Positions 33,593-45,342 of a stretch of 64,000 nt of DNA are shown piece by piece (position 1 is the stretch's first letter; every line of letters begins with the position of its first letter). The notes below the pieces were generated by a model. The model worked only from the letters and a program-made list of their open reading frames with translations. It ran no database searches and was not told where the DNA came from. Position numbers and translations under genes: made by a program. This DNA comes from Rhynchopus sp. YZ270_cl-10 (lineage: Eukaryota): the NCBI GenBank assembly GCA_964035575.1, contig OZ037837.1, forward strand, positions 1,550,001 through 1,614,000. Reading direction: 5' to 3'.

Positions 33593-34744
33593 ATGGAAAT
33601 ATGTGTGGAGAGCTTTGACGGAGAGACGTACACAGTCGAGGTGGGTGTGGATGATACAACTGCGGACATACGGCGGAAGGTGGCGTTTGCAGCAGAGTTG
33701 TGCGAAGACGGCTTTGAAATAAGATTCGGTGGGAAGGTGATGGCCGAAGGAGACGACACGACGCAGCTGAGTGCTGGGGACACAGTTGTGCTGACGAAGA
33801 CGCTGTCGCAGAAGGACGACGCCATTGCAGCTCTTCGTGACGTGGGTGAGACAAGGCTGACGACAGAGAGGTTCAAAGGTCTGGAAGATCCCAAGCTGAT
33901 TCATTTGTTTCTGCAGGCAGAAGTTGTTACTGAGATACCGAACAGATTCTTGCAAAGGAGTACGTTTGAAGAACTTGATCTCAGTGGTGTGTCAAGTGTC
34001 ACTGCAATAGGCGTCAGGTTCCTCGCCCAGTGCAGGTCATTGCACACAGTTGATTTATCTGGGTGGAGCAATGTTACACATGTTGAGAGCTACTTTCTCG
34101 GAGACTGCAGTGCATTGCGAACCCTTAACTTATCTGGGTGGAGCAATGTGACGCACATCTCCGACTACGTCTTCCGGGCCAGCGAAATGAGTGCATTAAC
34201 CAGTGTTGACTTGTCGGGGTGGAGCAATGTGACGCACATAGGTGCATTCTTCATGGAAAACTGCTTCAAATTGAAGAAACTTGACTTCTCTGGGTGGAAC
34301 AATGTGACGCATGTTAAGGCCTACTTCTTGTGCGACTGCAGCGCGCTCTCCACAGTTAACTTGTCTGATTGGACGAATGTGACGCAGATCGACTGCTACT
34401 TCCTGACTCGCTGCAGCGCGTTGACCACACTTGACTTATCTGGGTGGAGCAGTATGACGCATATTGAGGAGGGTTTCTTGGCCAAATGCACCGCGTTGAC
34501 CACAGTTGACTTATCTGGGTGGGACAGGCTGACGCAGATAAAGCAAGGCTGCCTCTCAGGATGCATTGCATTGAGAAGACTTGACTTGTCTGGGTGGAGG
34601 AATGTGACGGAGATCGGGCCAGGCTTCCTCTATGGCTGCAACATACGTACAAGAAGCATTAACATGACGGGATCGAGCAGTGTTGTGTATTTCCGGGTGC
34701 ATGACATGATGGACGATACTAAGTGTCAATGTGTGTGCACGTGA
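33593..34744 (+). CDS. Ubl - LRR - CaaX protein, copy 5 (9 LRRs)
   Basis: Intact 383-aa paralog with the alternative C-terminus VYFRVHDMMDDTKCQCVCT. Confidence 0.88.
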   Translation: MEICVESFDGETYTVEVGVDDTTADIRRKVAFAAELCEDGFEIRFGGKVMAEGDDTTQLSAGDTVVLTKTLSQKDDAIAALRDVGETRLTTERFKGLEDPKLIHLFLQAEVVTEIPNRFLQRSTFEELDLSGVSSVTAIGVRFLAQCRSLHTVDLSGWSNVTHVESYFLGDCSALRTLNLSGWSNVTHISDYVFRASEMSALTSVDLSGWSNVTHIGAFFMENCFKLKKLDFSGWNNVTHVKAYFLCDCSALSTVNLSDWTNVTQIDCYFLTRCSALTTLDLSGWSSMTHIEEGFLAKCTALTTVDLSGWDRLTQIKQGCLSGCIALRRLDLSGWRNVTEIGPGFLYGCNIRTRSINMTGSSSVVYFRVHDMMDDTKCQCVCT

Positions 34745-35518
34745 AGTATGCCTGGGCCAAATTACTTCCAAAACACAACAAGACCACGACAAGGAGAGTG
34801 AATTGTGCACTGGTTTTCTGGGGAACAAACAATATTTTCTTGTACCTCAAGCAGAGGACAGACTGTTCGGAAGCTTTCCAACGGTTGAGTTTCTTTGCGA
34901 TGTTATATGCTCCCTGGGTTAAATGATAATAGCAGTAACTGACTTCTGCGAAAAAGCCGGTCTGCGAAACCCAATTTTCATATTTTTTTTAAACGTGACT
35001 AAGCACGAGAGGCTTAGGATCATCTTATAACCTTTTCTTTTTTTATTGGTGCAATCCTGTAGGGGTATCTGGGTACAGCGTGTACAACCCAGTGTATACT
35101 GGGATTGTACATAAATTGTATAGATCTGACTCTTAAAAATGTTTGGATTGTATACCAAATAATCAGATCTATACATGTTCTATACACTGTGTGTCATTGT
35201 ATGTATCTGACTACAATGCTGCGTCTATGTGTATACATTTGACTTTCACCTTTCTTTCTGTTCACTTGCCATATCCCGAAGTCAGATTCTATAATATTAT
35301 TCATTTCTCTCTTTTGCTTTCCTTGAGAAGAGCCCTTTGCGTCCCCTCTCTCTGCTATCTCTGCTATGTGTCTTTTTCTTCGCAAATTGAGAACTATTTT
35401 TACAAACAAACCACACACCCCAGCCTTTCTTCTTTGCACCTTGCCAATCCCCTTCTCCTTGTGTCACTACGCTTTCTTGCCACACCAAAACACTTGCACA
35501 GAACAGAGACACAAAATC

Positions 35519-36670
35519 ATGGAAATATGTGTGGAGAGCTTTGACGGAGAGAAGTACACAGTCGAGGTGGGTGTGGATGATACAACTGCGGACATACGGC
35601 GGAAGGTGGCGTCTGCAGCAGAGTTGTGCGAAGACGGCTTTGACCTAAGATTCGGTGGGAAGGTGATGGCCGAAGGAGACGACACGACGCAGCTGAGTGC
35701 TGGGGACACGATTGTTCTGACGAAGACACTGTCGCAGAAGGACGACGCCATTGCAGCTCTTCGTGACTTGGGTGAGACCAACCTGACGACAGAGAGGTTC
35801 GAAGGTCTGACGGATCCCAAGCTGATTCATTTGTTTCTGCAGGCAGAAGTTGTTACTGAGATACCCAATCACTTCTTGAGATGTAGTACGTTCGAAGAAC
35901 TTGATCTCAGTGGTGTGTCAGGCGTCACTGCAATAGGCGTCAACTTCCTCGCCCAGTGCAGGTCACTGCACACAGCTGATTTATCTGGGTGGAGCAATGT
36001 TACACATGTTGGCAACTCCTGTCTCACCCAATGCAGTGCATTGCGAACCCTTAACTTATCTGGGTGGAGTAATGTGACGCACATCTCCCACTACGTCCTC
36101 CAGGGCGGTGAAATGACTGCCTTAACCAGTGTTGACTTGTCGGGGTGGAGCAATGTGACGCACATAGGGGGCTGCTTCCTGGATAACTGCGTCAAATTGA
36201 GGAAACTTGACTTCTCTGGGTGGAACAATGTGACGCATATTAAGGACTACTTCTTGTCTGGCTGCAGCGCGCTCTCCACAGTTGACTTGACTGAGTGGAG
36301 GAATGTGACGCACATCGACTGCTACTTCCTGAATCGCTGCAGCGCATTGACCACACTTGACTTCTCTGGGTGGAGCAGTGTGACGCATATTGAGAACGGC
36401 TTCTTGTACGGCTGCACCGAGTTGACCACAGTTGACTTATCTGGGTGGGACAGGCTGACGCAGATAGAGGAAGACTTCCTCTCAGGATGCATTGCATTGA
36501 GAAGGCTTGACTTGTCTGGGTGGAGGAGTGTGACGAAGATAGGGCCAGGCTTCCTCGAAGGATGCAACATACGTACAAGAAGCATCAACATGACGGGATC
36601 GAGCAGTGTTGTGTATTTCCGGGTGCATGTCATGATGGACGATACCAAGTGTCAATGTGTGTGCACGTGA
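35519..36670 (+). CDS. Ubl - LRR - CaaX protein, copy 6 (9 LRRs)
   Basis: Intact 383-aa paralog. Shares its C-terminus type and 3' flank with copy 5. Confidence 0.88.
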   Translation: MEICVESFDGEKYTVEVGVDDTTADIRRKVASAAELCEDGFDLRFGGKVMAEGDDTTQLSAGDTIVLTKTLSQKDDAIAALRDLGETNLTTERFEGLTDPKLIHLFLQAEVVTEIPNHFLRCSTFEELDLSGVSGVTAIGVNFLAQCRSLHTADLSGWSNVTHVGNSCLTQCSALRTLNLSGWSNVTHISHYVLQGGEMTALTSVDLSGWSNVTHIGGCFLDNCVKLRKLDFSGWNNVTHIKDYFLSGCSALSTVDLTEWRNVTHIDCYFLNRCSALTTLDFSGWSSVTHIENGFLYGCTELTTVDLSGWDRLTQIEEDFLSGCIALRRLDLSGWRSVTKIGPGFLEGCNIRTRSINMTGSSSVVYFRVHVMMDDTKCQCVCT

Positions 36671-36930
36671 AGTATGCCTGGGCCAAATTACTTCCAAAAC
36701 ACAACAAGACCACGACAAGGAGAGTGAATTGTGCACTGGTTTTCTGGGGAACAAACAATATTTTCTTGTACCTCAAGCAGAGGACAGACTGTTCGGAAGC
36801 TTTCCAACGGTTGAATTTCTTTGCGATGCTATATGCTCCCTGGGTTAAATGATAATAGCAGTAACTGACTTCTGCGAAAAAGCCGGTCTGCGAAACCCAA
36901 TTTTCATTTTTTTTATTTATGTTTATTTAT

Positions 36931-39192
36931 GTTTTTCACTTTTCTATTTTGTACTTTTATTTTATTTCTCTTTCTTGTGTGTTTGCTGAGGTTTTCTATC
37001 TGATACACAGACAGGATGTGTTGGTATTTGTTTGGATTGGTAGCAATTATTGCACGGAATACTTTACGTATACACGGCAGCCATCAAGACCAAGACTCTT
37101 TAGGTTACTCTTCCTCCTGGTGATCAGACATTACATCCAGTAAGGACAGAGAAAGGAATAAGAAAAAAGAAAAAAAAAACTTTTGTATTTTGTGTATTCC
37201 CGAAACAAAAAACTGAAGTAGAAGGTACCAAATGTTCACACGAACATCGGTTTCACGATATTCACCCACCATTTAAAGGGAAATCACTGAAGATGTCCAC
37301 CCTTTTGAATACAACTGTATGATTCTTAGGACTGAAACAGGGTTAATATCAGAAACCAATCTACTGAAGTTTCAACTTGTGCACGAAGCATTTTACTTTT
37401 CTTTTCTACGTTTTGCAAAACACACAACATAAAAAGAAAGATGGGACCATTTTTGTTGATCCCTCACCATATACTATCAATTTATTGATTGCATATGATG
37501 AAAATACTTTTTATTTACAAGTGCCTCCAGACATGCTGTGAAAAACTGAGCCTCGCTTAGAGTATGTTGCGGAATGGTCTCTAGTACATTAGCCCTAAAA
37601 AGCTAAACACATAGTGCAAACTAGTTTATATTTATAGATATATTCTACTGCTGCACTATGCTTTGTTTACTCATAATTACAAAGGAGTTAACAGAAAGTC
37701 GAAGCACACAATACAGCTGTCCTGTGAACTTCGCACTACACCCCACCCCCTCCCTACCTCTTTGAAACAGTCAAAAAAGAAATCAAAATTAAAAAAAAAA
37801 AAAAAAAAACAGCAGAAAAAGAGACCAAAAAAAAAATGATATAATAACAAGGGAGAGCAAGTAGGTTATTTAAAGTAGGTTGACGACACCGAAACCCCAA
37901 TAAAAAAAATGTGTCCGTTTATGGTGTCAACGTTAAAGACTACCAGAAGCAGCTCAGTGCATTCTGAAAAAAATAAGCGAGCGATTCTAGGCTATATATG
38001 TTCATGAAGCCAATGAATCTAGATAAAGGTCCTATTTCAAAGAATTCCCACAAACAAACACCACTTTTATTTTTACTTTTTTTCAACAAACCAAATAAAA
38101 AGAAAAAAAAACTCTTTTTCACCACTGGAAGGGACTAGACCTCGTACTTGACCCTTTCAGTGAGACGTCAGACCAATGTATTACATTGCCACACCCTGGG
38201 TAAGCTGTGCAGTCTGTAGGCCTACTACAAAAACCGCAAAACTTTGGAAAAAAAAAAAGAACGAAGATAATAGGTATATCGCAGTAGTAATTTGGTCGTG
38301 GTTTACCAATGGTAATGTCCACGACGCAGTTTATATGGTTGTACTCAACGCGTACTATGTCACTAGTGATGAGTATTTTTCTCGCAGGAGCGATTTGGTC
38401 TTGGTGGGCATCTTAGCTTTCCCATTTTTAAAGGGACAATAGCCTTGAGACTAAGACTCCAGGACACATATTAAATTGTTTGCAATGCACGTTTTGCTAT
38501 CTCTTTGTACTACTCTAGTCTTTGTGTAGGTGTTTCAATACAATGGACAATGGATGATTAAACTGGTTTTAATCATTGCTTGGACGGCGAACTACTAAGT
38601 CCAGAAAATTCAGTATGTTTTTCACTTTTCTATTTTGTACTTTTATTTTATTTCTCTTTCTTGTGTGTTTGCTGAGGTTTTCTATCTGATACACAGACAG
38701 GATGTGTTGGTATTTGTTTGGATTGGTAGCAATTATTGCACGGAATACTTTACGTATACACGGCAGCCATCAAGACCAAGACTCTTTAGGTTACTCTTCC
38801 TCCTGGTGATCAGACATTACATCCAGTAAGGACAGAGAAAGGAATAAGAAAAAAGAAAAAAAAAACTTTTGTATTTTGTGTATTCCCGAAACAAAAAACT
38901 GAAGTAGAAGGTACCAAATGTTCACACGAACATCGGTTTCACGATATTCACCCACCATTTAAAGGGAAATCACTGAAGATGTCCACCCTTTTGAATACAA
39001 CTGTATGATTCTTAGGACTGAAACAGGGTTAATATCAGAAACCAATCTACTGAAGTTTCAACTTGTGCACGAAGCATTTTACTTTTCTTTTCTACGTTTT
39101 GCAAAACACACAACATAAAAAGAAAGATGGGACCATTTTTGTTGATCCCTCACCATATACTATCAATTTATTGATTGCATATGATGAAAATA
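36931..39192. mobile_element. LTR-like non-coding element: about 576-bp direct terminal repeats around a 1.1-kb interior
   Basis: 36931-37506 is repeated at 38617-39192 and flanked by TTATTTAT on both sides. The element is absent from the paralogous spacer at about 34970-35060. Confidence 0.65.
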
Positions 39193-39634
39193 TTATTTAT
39201 TTTTTTTTGGTGCAATCCTGTAGGGGTATCTGGGTACAGCGTGTACAACCCAGTGTATACTGGGATTGTACATAAATTGTATAGATCTGACTCTTAAAAA
39301 TGTTTGGATTGTATGTCATTGTATGTATCTGACTACAATGCTGCGTCTATGTGTATACATTTGACTTTCACCTTTCTTTCTGTTCACTTGCCATATCCCG
39401 AAGTCAGATTCTATATTCATTTCTCTCTTTTGCTTTCCTTGAGAAGAGCCCTTTGCGTCCCCTCTCTCTGCTATCTCTGCTATGTGTCTTTTTCTTCGCA
39501 AATTGAGAACTATTTTTACAAACAAACCACACACCCCAGCCTTTCTTCTTTGCACCTTGCCAATCCCCTTCTCCTTGTGTCACTACGCTTTCTTGCCACA
39601 CCAAAACACTTGCACAGAACAGAGACACAAAATC

Positions 39635-40486
39635 ATGGAAATATGTGTGGAGAGCTTTGACGGAGAGAAGTACACAGTCGAGGTGGGTGTGGATGATACA
39701 ACTGCGGACATACGGCGGAAGGTGGCGTCTGCAGCAGAGTTGTGCGAAGACGGCTTTGACCTAAGATTCGGTGGGAAGGTGATGGCCGAAGGAGACGACA
39801 CGACGCAGCTGAGTGCTGGGGACACGATTGTTCTGACGAAGACACTGTCGCAGAAGGACGACGCCATTGCAGCTCTTCGTGACTTGGGTGAGACCAACCT
39901 GACGACAGAACGGTTCGAAGGTCTCAAAGATCCCAAGCTGATTCATTTGTTTCTGCAGGCGGAAGCTGTTACTGAGATACCCTTTGGATTCTTGAGAGGT
40001 TGTAAGTTCGAAGAACTTGATCTCTGCGATGTTTCGGGTGTCACTGCAATAGGCGCCAACTTCCTCTGCTACTGCAGGCCATTGCACACACTTGGCCTTT
40101 CTGGGTGGAGCAATGTGACGCAAATCGGGAGCTACTTCCTGAATGGCTGCGGAACGTTGACCAGAGTTGACTTCACTGGGTGGAACAAGGTGACTCACAT
40201 TGATAAGTACTTCTTGTCCTATTGCCCCGCCTTGACCACAGTTGACTTATCTGGGTGGGACAGGCTGACACACATACAGCCTGGCTTCCTCTCAGGATGT
40301 ATTGCATTGAGAAGGCTTGACTTGTCTGGGTGGAGGAGTGTGACGATGATCGGGCCACGTTTCCTCCAAGGATGCAGCATACATCCAAGAAGCATCAACG
40401 TCACCGGATCGAGCAGTATTGTGTCAGACTGTGTGCATGGCCGTAACATCATGGACAATACCAAGTGTCAATGTGTGTGCACGTGA
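39635..40486 (+). CDS. Ubl - LRR - CaaX protein, copy 7 (5 LRRs)
   Basis: Intact 283-aa paralog ending KCQCVCT. Confidence 0.88.
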   Translation: MEICVESFDGEKYTVEVGVDDTTADIRRKVASAAELCEDGFDLRFGGKVMAEGDDTTQLSAGDTIVLTKTLSQKDDAIAALRDLGETNLTTERFEGLKDPKLIHLFLQAEAVTEIPFGFLRGCKFEELDLCDVSGVTAIGANFLCYCRPLHTLGLSGWSNVTQIGSYFLNGCGTLTRVDFTGWNKVTHIDKYFLSYCPALTTVDLSGWDRLTHIQPGFLSGCIALRRLDLSGWRSVTMIGPRFLQGCSIHPRSINVTGSSSIVSDCVHGRNIMDNTKCQCVCT

Positions 40487-40602
40487 GGACGTGTATCTTT
40501 TGAGAGGCTCGCTACTCGTTACCTTGTTCAAACAACCACTTTTTGATTTTGCAGTACTTTCCAAAAGGAAGTGCACAATTTTCTGCATGTTTTTTTTGAT
40601 TT

Positions 40603-40771
40603 AAACACCCCCTCCGTATAGTATTTACATACGCATATTATTGGCATACGCGTATTATTTACAAACATACCCCCTGCCACGTGTATAAGTAACAAAAATG
40701 ACGTGTTTTCGACCAAAAATACGCCTATTATTAGCATAAATTTATGTAAATATTGTACCGGAGGGGGGTTT
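40603..40771. mobile_element. MITE-like insertion in the 3' flank of copy 7
   Basis: Imperfect TIR AAACACCCCCTCCGTATAGTATTTACATA / TATGTAAATATTGTACCGGAGGGGGGTTT. Absent from the paralogous flanks. Confidence 0.75.
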
Positions 40772-41205
40772 CTTAGTTTTCCCAGTGACTTATCGTTGAC
40801 AGCGCAAAAGTCACAACAGCAGGCGTTATGTTTTGTTAAGGTGCACTGTCACGAGAGTGCTTTGTATTTCTGTGTGTTTGTATTTCACGTCAAATTTGTT
40901 TTGCAGTAACTTCTGTAGTAACGATGTGTGGAAGAGATGCCCATTCATCTATCACTTGGTGTGTTTTCAGATTGTTGTGTTGTGAGAGAAATGTAAAAGG
41001 TTGTTGGAACCTGTTGTCATGATAAAAGCCATGACGCCATTGAGCGACTCATAGGCGCATGAGTGATAGACGTTGTCGCTGTGGTATCCCGCCTCGGCAG
41101 AGGAAGGTGTTTTTGACACAGCAACTCCGTGAGTCAGTATCGGTCTGCGAATCACATTGAAAACGGCATGTTTGCGCTTCATATCGCAGAGGATAGAGAA
41201 ACTGA

Positions 41206-41550
41206 AATGACTGCAGCGCATTGACCAGAATTGACTTTTCTGGGTGGAGGAATGTGATACATATTGATAAGTGCTTCATGCGGGGCTGCACCGCGTTGAC
41301 CACAGTTGACTTGTCTGGATGGGACAGGCTGACGCACGTAAATGAAGGCTTCCTCTCAGGATGCATTGCATTGAGAAGGCTTGACTTGTCTGGGTGGAGG
41401 AGTGTGACGATGATCGGGCCAGGCTTCCTCGATGGCTGCAACATACGTACAAGCAGCATCAACATCACCGGAGCGAGCAGTGTTGTGTCAGACTGTGTGC
41501 ATGGCCGTAACATCATGGACAATACCAAGTGTCAATGTGTGTGCACGTGA
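41206..41550 (+). pseudogene. 5'-truncated Ubl-LRR-CaaX copy 8 (last 3 LRRs and CaaX only)
   Basis: Intergenic gagaaactgaa is fused directly to LRR sequence NDCSALTRIDFSGW. No Ubl domain and no ATG at the start. Confidence 0.85.
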
Positions 41551-43145
41551 GGACGTGCATCTTTCGAGAGGCTCGCTACTCGTTAGCCTGTTCAAACAAC
41601 CACTTTTTGATTTTGCAGTACTTTCCAAAAGGAAGTGCACGCTTTTCTGGATGGTTTTTTTTTGGATTAATTTGTTTTTCTGGTGACTTATCGTTGACAG
41701 CGCAAACGTCACAACAGCAGGCGTTATGTTTTGTTAAGGTACACTGTCACGAGAGTGCTTTGTATTTGTGTTTGTATTTCACGTCAAGTTTGTTTTGCAG
41801 TAACTTCTGTAGTAACGATGTGTGGAAGAGATGCCCATTCATCTACCAAGTGTTTTTGTTTCACTTTGTGTGTTTTCAGATTGTTGTGTTGTGAGAGAAA
41901 TGTAAAAGGTTGTTGGAACCTGTCGTCATGATAACAGTCGCGACGCCATTGTGCGACGCTGTTGTATTTCAATTTGTTTGAATAATTGATAAGGTGTGGA
42001 CACCTCGCTTTTTTCTCGTGTGAACTCCACGCTGCCTTTCCTTCCCTATCTCTCGGTTCGTGGATACCGCTACTGCGTCCTACTCCCGCCTCCACTCGTC
42101 AGGTAACGAACGGGGATCATTGGATGCCCAGGGTAATTAGGCCCGGGTGAGATAGGTTTGGTCAGGCATTATCCCTGCGTCAGAGTGTGGTCAAGGCTAT
42201 AAGTGGAAAGCACAGGACCGTGCTCTCGTAAAACAGGGGTTGGATGCCCAGGGTACTTACCGCCCGGGTGAGATAGGTTTGGTCAGGCATTATTTTTTTG
42301 GGAAAGGGAGATGGGGCAGCCCATTATCGTCAAATTCGCAATTTTCTCAGATTTAGTTGATAAAAAAAAATTTTCCCCCCGGGAAAGGCAGGTCAAGTAC
42401 TGTTCAGGGTTGGTGGTTTCCATTCCTTTCTCCACTGCATAACTACTTTTCGCACGCGCTTGTATTCGTCAAACTTCGCGAACGCCACCCTGCGATTCTT
42501 TAGCCGTATGAAAAAAAATAAATGGCGTCGCAGGCGAAAAAAATGGGGTGCGGTGTGAAAATGCTGGTTTACACCACACAGTCACTCAACAAACCCTTTT
42601 TTGCGGAGCAAAAAAGGAAAATGGCGCCGCAGGCAAAAAAAATATGGGGTACGGTACGCAGCGAGCAGAAAAATTTTATGGTCCATCATTCCAGTCATCT
42701 GGGTCTGTCACCCAAAAATCCCCCCCCTTTTTTTTCCCCCCCTCCCAAAAAAATATTTAGTTGATTTCAACTAAATGCGAACCGCACGATAACCCCCTGA
42801 GATGGGGGAGGAGGAGAAAGAGAGAGACAGAGGGGAGAGAGAGGACAAATGTAGGTTAGGGGGATGATCGGATGCCCAGGGTAATTACCGCCCGGGTGAG
42901 ATAGGTTTGGTAAGGCTTTTTTTTTTAGTGTGACTGAGTGTGGGGATGCGTTCAAGAATTAAACTCTTCCCCTCCAAACCCCTCTTTTCGTCTCTGGTTT
43001 TCTTTTATCCAAACGAGATGCGTAATAATTTTTTCCCCCCTTTTGCATACGTTTACCCTGCCCCTTTTCTTATTACTTTCCTCCATAAACCCTGTACCGC
43101 CCTTCTTTCAGCCCCCCCTACCCTCCCCTCCCCACTCCCTCCTTT

Positions 43146-44198
43146 ATGTCACCGCATTTGCGCGGGGAGTTTGTTGAATATTACAATGGTTATGTGCGTG
43201 GTTATAGCAAGGCAGCCTTATTCTCCCGCACCCGCCACAACCGAGAGGAAATATACAAGGAGCTGGAGCTTGAGGCTGTGGACGTGGATGTGTTCCGTCC
43301 TGTGATCTTCTCGAAGCCGATCCCGACGTTGCGCGCAGTGTTTGGGGGGCAAATTATGGCGCAGGCTATTCTCGCTGCATATCGTACGGTACCGAAAGGG
43401 TATGTCCTGCATTCGGTACACACATACTTTCTGTTGGCAGGAGATCCAACACGCCTTGCAACGTACCATGTGGACCGCATCGCAGATGGCGCAAGCTTCG
43501 CTCGGCGTAGCGTTACCGCGAAGCAGGGAGGCCGTAAGTTTGTGATGCTCCTCGCTTCGTTTCATCGTGCCGAAGCGGCGCGTCTGTCACACCAGGTTGC
43601 AATGCCGTCGGTCCCTCCCCCAGAGAACTGCGCGACACGAGAAGAGTTTCTTGAATCGCAACTTCCAGAGGCAAGAGGCAATGCAGTTTACACAAAGCTG
43701 CTGGAAGATAATCTACAGATATGCAGAGAGCTGGCGTCGCCTATAGAAATGCGGTACCTTGACATAACGGACTGCCAATGGCATAAGTGGTGGAAGAAGG
43801 AGGCCGGGCCCGCGGTGTCACAATTTTGGTTTCGGTGCAAGAGGGCGCTGCCGGATCGCTTGGAGGTACATCAAGCGCTTGGGGCCTATCTCTCGGACAA
43901 TGGAATGGTAGTATGCTCTGGGAAGCCGTTGGCACATCCGCACACAGCCTTCTCTTTGGTGGGCTCGCTTGACCATACCGTATGGTTTCATGCTCCGTTC
44001 CGTGCGGATGAATGGCTCCTCTTCGACCTACGCACTGTACGCTCCTCAAGCAACCGTAACCTCAACAGGGCTCATATCTTCACAGAAGCAGGCGTGCTGG
44101 TCATGACCATGGCGCAAGAACTGATCATGCGTCTCGATGAGAAGCAAAACACTGCGAGAGGGCCAACAGATGTTCTCCTGCCTCAGCCAAAGCTGTGA
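43146..44198 (+). CDS. Acyl-CoA thioesterase II (TesB/ACOT8 family), probably peroxisomal
   Basis: VFGGQIMAQA, HSVHTYFLLAGD, DGASFARRSVTAKQ, AYLSD, SLDHTVWFH, AQE; C-terminal PKL (PTS1 variant). Confidence 0.93.
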   Translation: MSPHLRGEFVEYYNGYVRGYSKAALFSRTRHNREEIYKELELEAVDVDVFRPVIFSKPIPTLRAVFGGQIMAQAILAAYRTVPKGYVLHSVHTYFLLAGDPTRLATYHVDRIADGASFARRSVTAKQGGRKFVMLLASFHRAEAARLSHQVAMPSVPPPENCATREEFLESQLPEARGNAVYTKLLEDNLQICRELASPIEMRYLDITDCQWHKWWKKEAGPAVSQFWFRCKRALPDRLEVHQALGAYLSDNGMVVCSGKPLAHPHTAFSLVGSLDHTVWFHAPFRADEWLLFDLRTVRSSSNRNLNRAHIFTEAGVLVMTMAQELIMRLDEKQNTARGPTDVLLPQPKL

Positions 44199-45342
44199 GA
44201 ATGCTTTTATCAGGGAAAACGAAATGGATTTGTAGGCTGCGGGGCTACCCTCCGATGCCAGAGTCTTATGCACCAAAAGGTAGTGTTAAAGAGGTCTTGT
44301 GTGCAATGCTAACATTCTTTTGAAAATGTGTCAGTAGGGTAGGGGGGTGATAGCAAATATCTACTCCACTAATCGGGTCGAGAATAAATGTTGTGGATTC
44401 AGAGACGGGAGTAGAGCTACATTTCACTGATGGGTTGAGTTTTAGCCGGAATATGGCTATATGGGGGAGGGGGGAAAACGGGGATGGAAAAACAAGGCGT
44501 GAGAGAGAGGGGATTTCACGTCCCCCGCTCAAGACAGCCTTGTAGCTGATGCTGTTGCAAAAAAGCAGCGATCGCTGCTGAAGCTAGACCTTTGTGTTTG
44601 GCAATATGCATCATAGCGGAAGACCGTTTTTTTAGAATCAGCAGAGTGTGCACGTTTAACATTTTTTTGGAGATATTGTGCGTTGTGTACATTATCCATT
44701 ATCGAACACTCCAGAGTCCATACGGCTCAAAGAGATGCAAGCCTTTCGCGTATTGTGGCAACAATGGGGGAATTGGGCTGTGCCGTTCTGCGATGCCCTG
44801 TCCCACCACCAACCCACCCCTTGTCTTGTGAAACACTTCACAAGGTAGAATGTAACAGTTGTCTTGAGACGTTGTGTCTTATTCCCTCCCCCCAACCAGA
44901 ACCCAACAAATAGTCAACTGAGTGTGAGCCCTTTAGCATTTTTATTCTATTTTGTTCTTGTTTCTAGGTTTTTCACCACTAAAAAAAATCCCTCCCTGTG
45001 TGTGTGTGTTTGATAACTAATAGGGGGTAATTCTTGTGCAGAATATGGCCCCAAATGTGTGTCCGTGGGGATACAACGTTAATCCCTCTACCCCCTTTTT
45101 TGGCTGTCGGGATTGCGACGCTAAAATCAGCAGATACCTCCCCACTTTTTTTTTATTTTATTTTGATAAATTGTTGGAGTAGTGTAGTTGCCTCGGTTGT
45201 GTTGCCACAGTTGTGCAAATCTCCACTGTCTATTTTTTGAAAATACACACCTTATTTGGCTCCGCTCTCGGAACTACCCACATTCTTTTGCTTTCAAATA
45301 CACATCACCACCTCCACCGCAGGGTTCCTCCCAACATACACT

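Noticed and set aside
41059..41132. 74-bp extra segment in one array spacer as a mobile element
   Set aside because: No TIRs or clear TSD. It is equally explained by a deletion in the other spacer copies.
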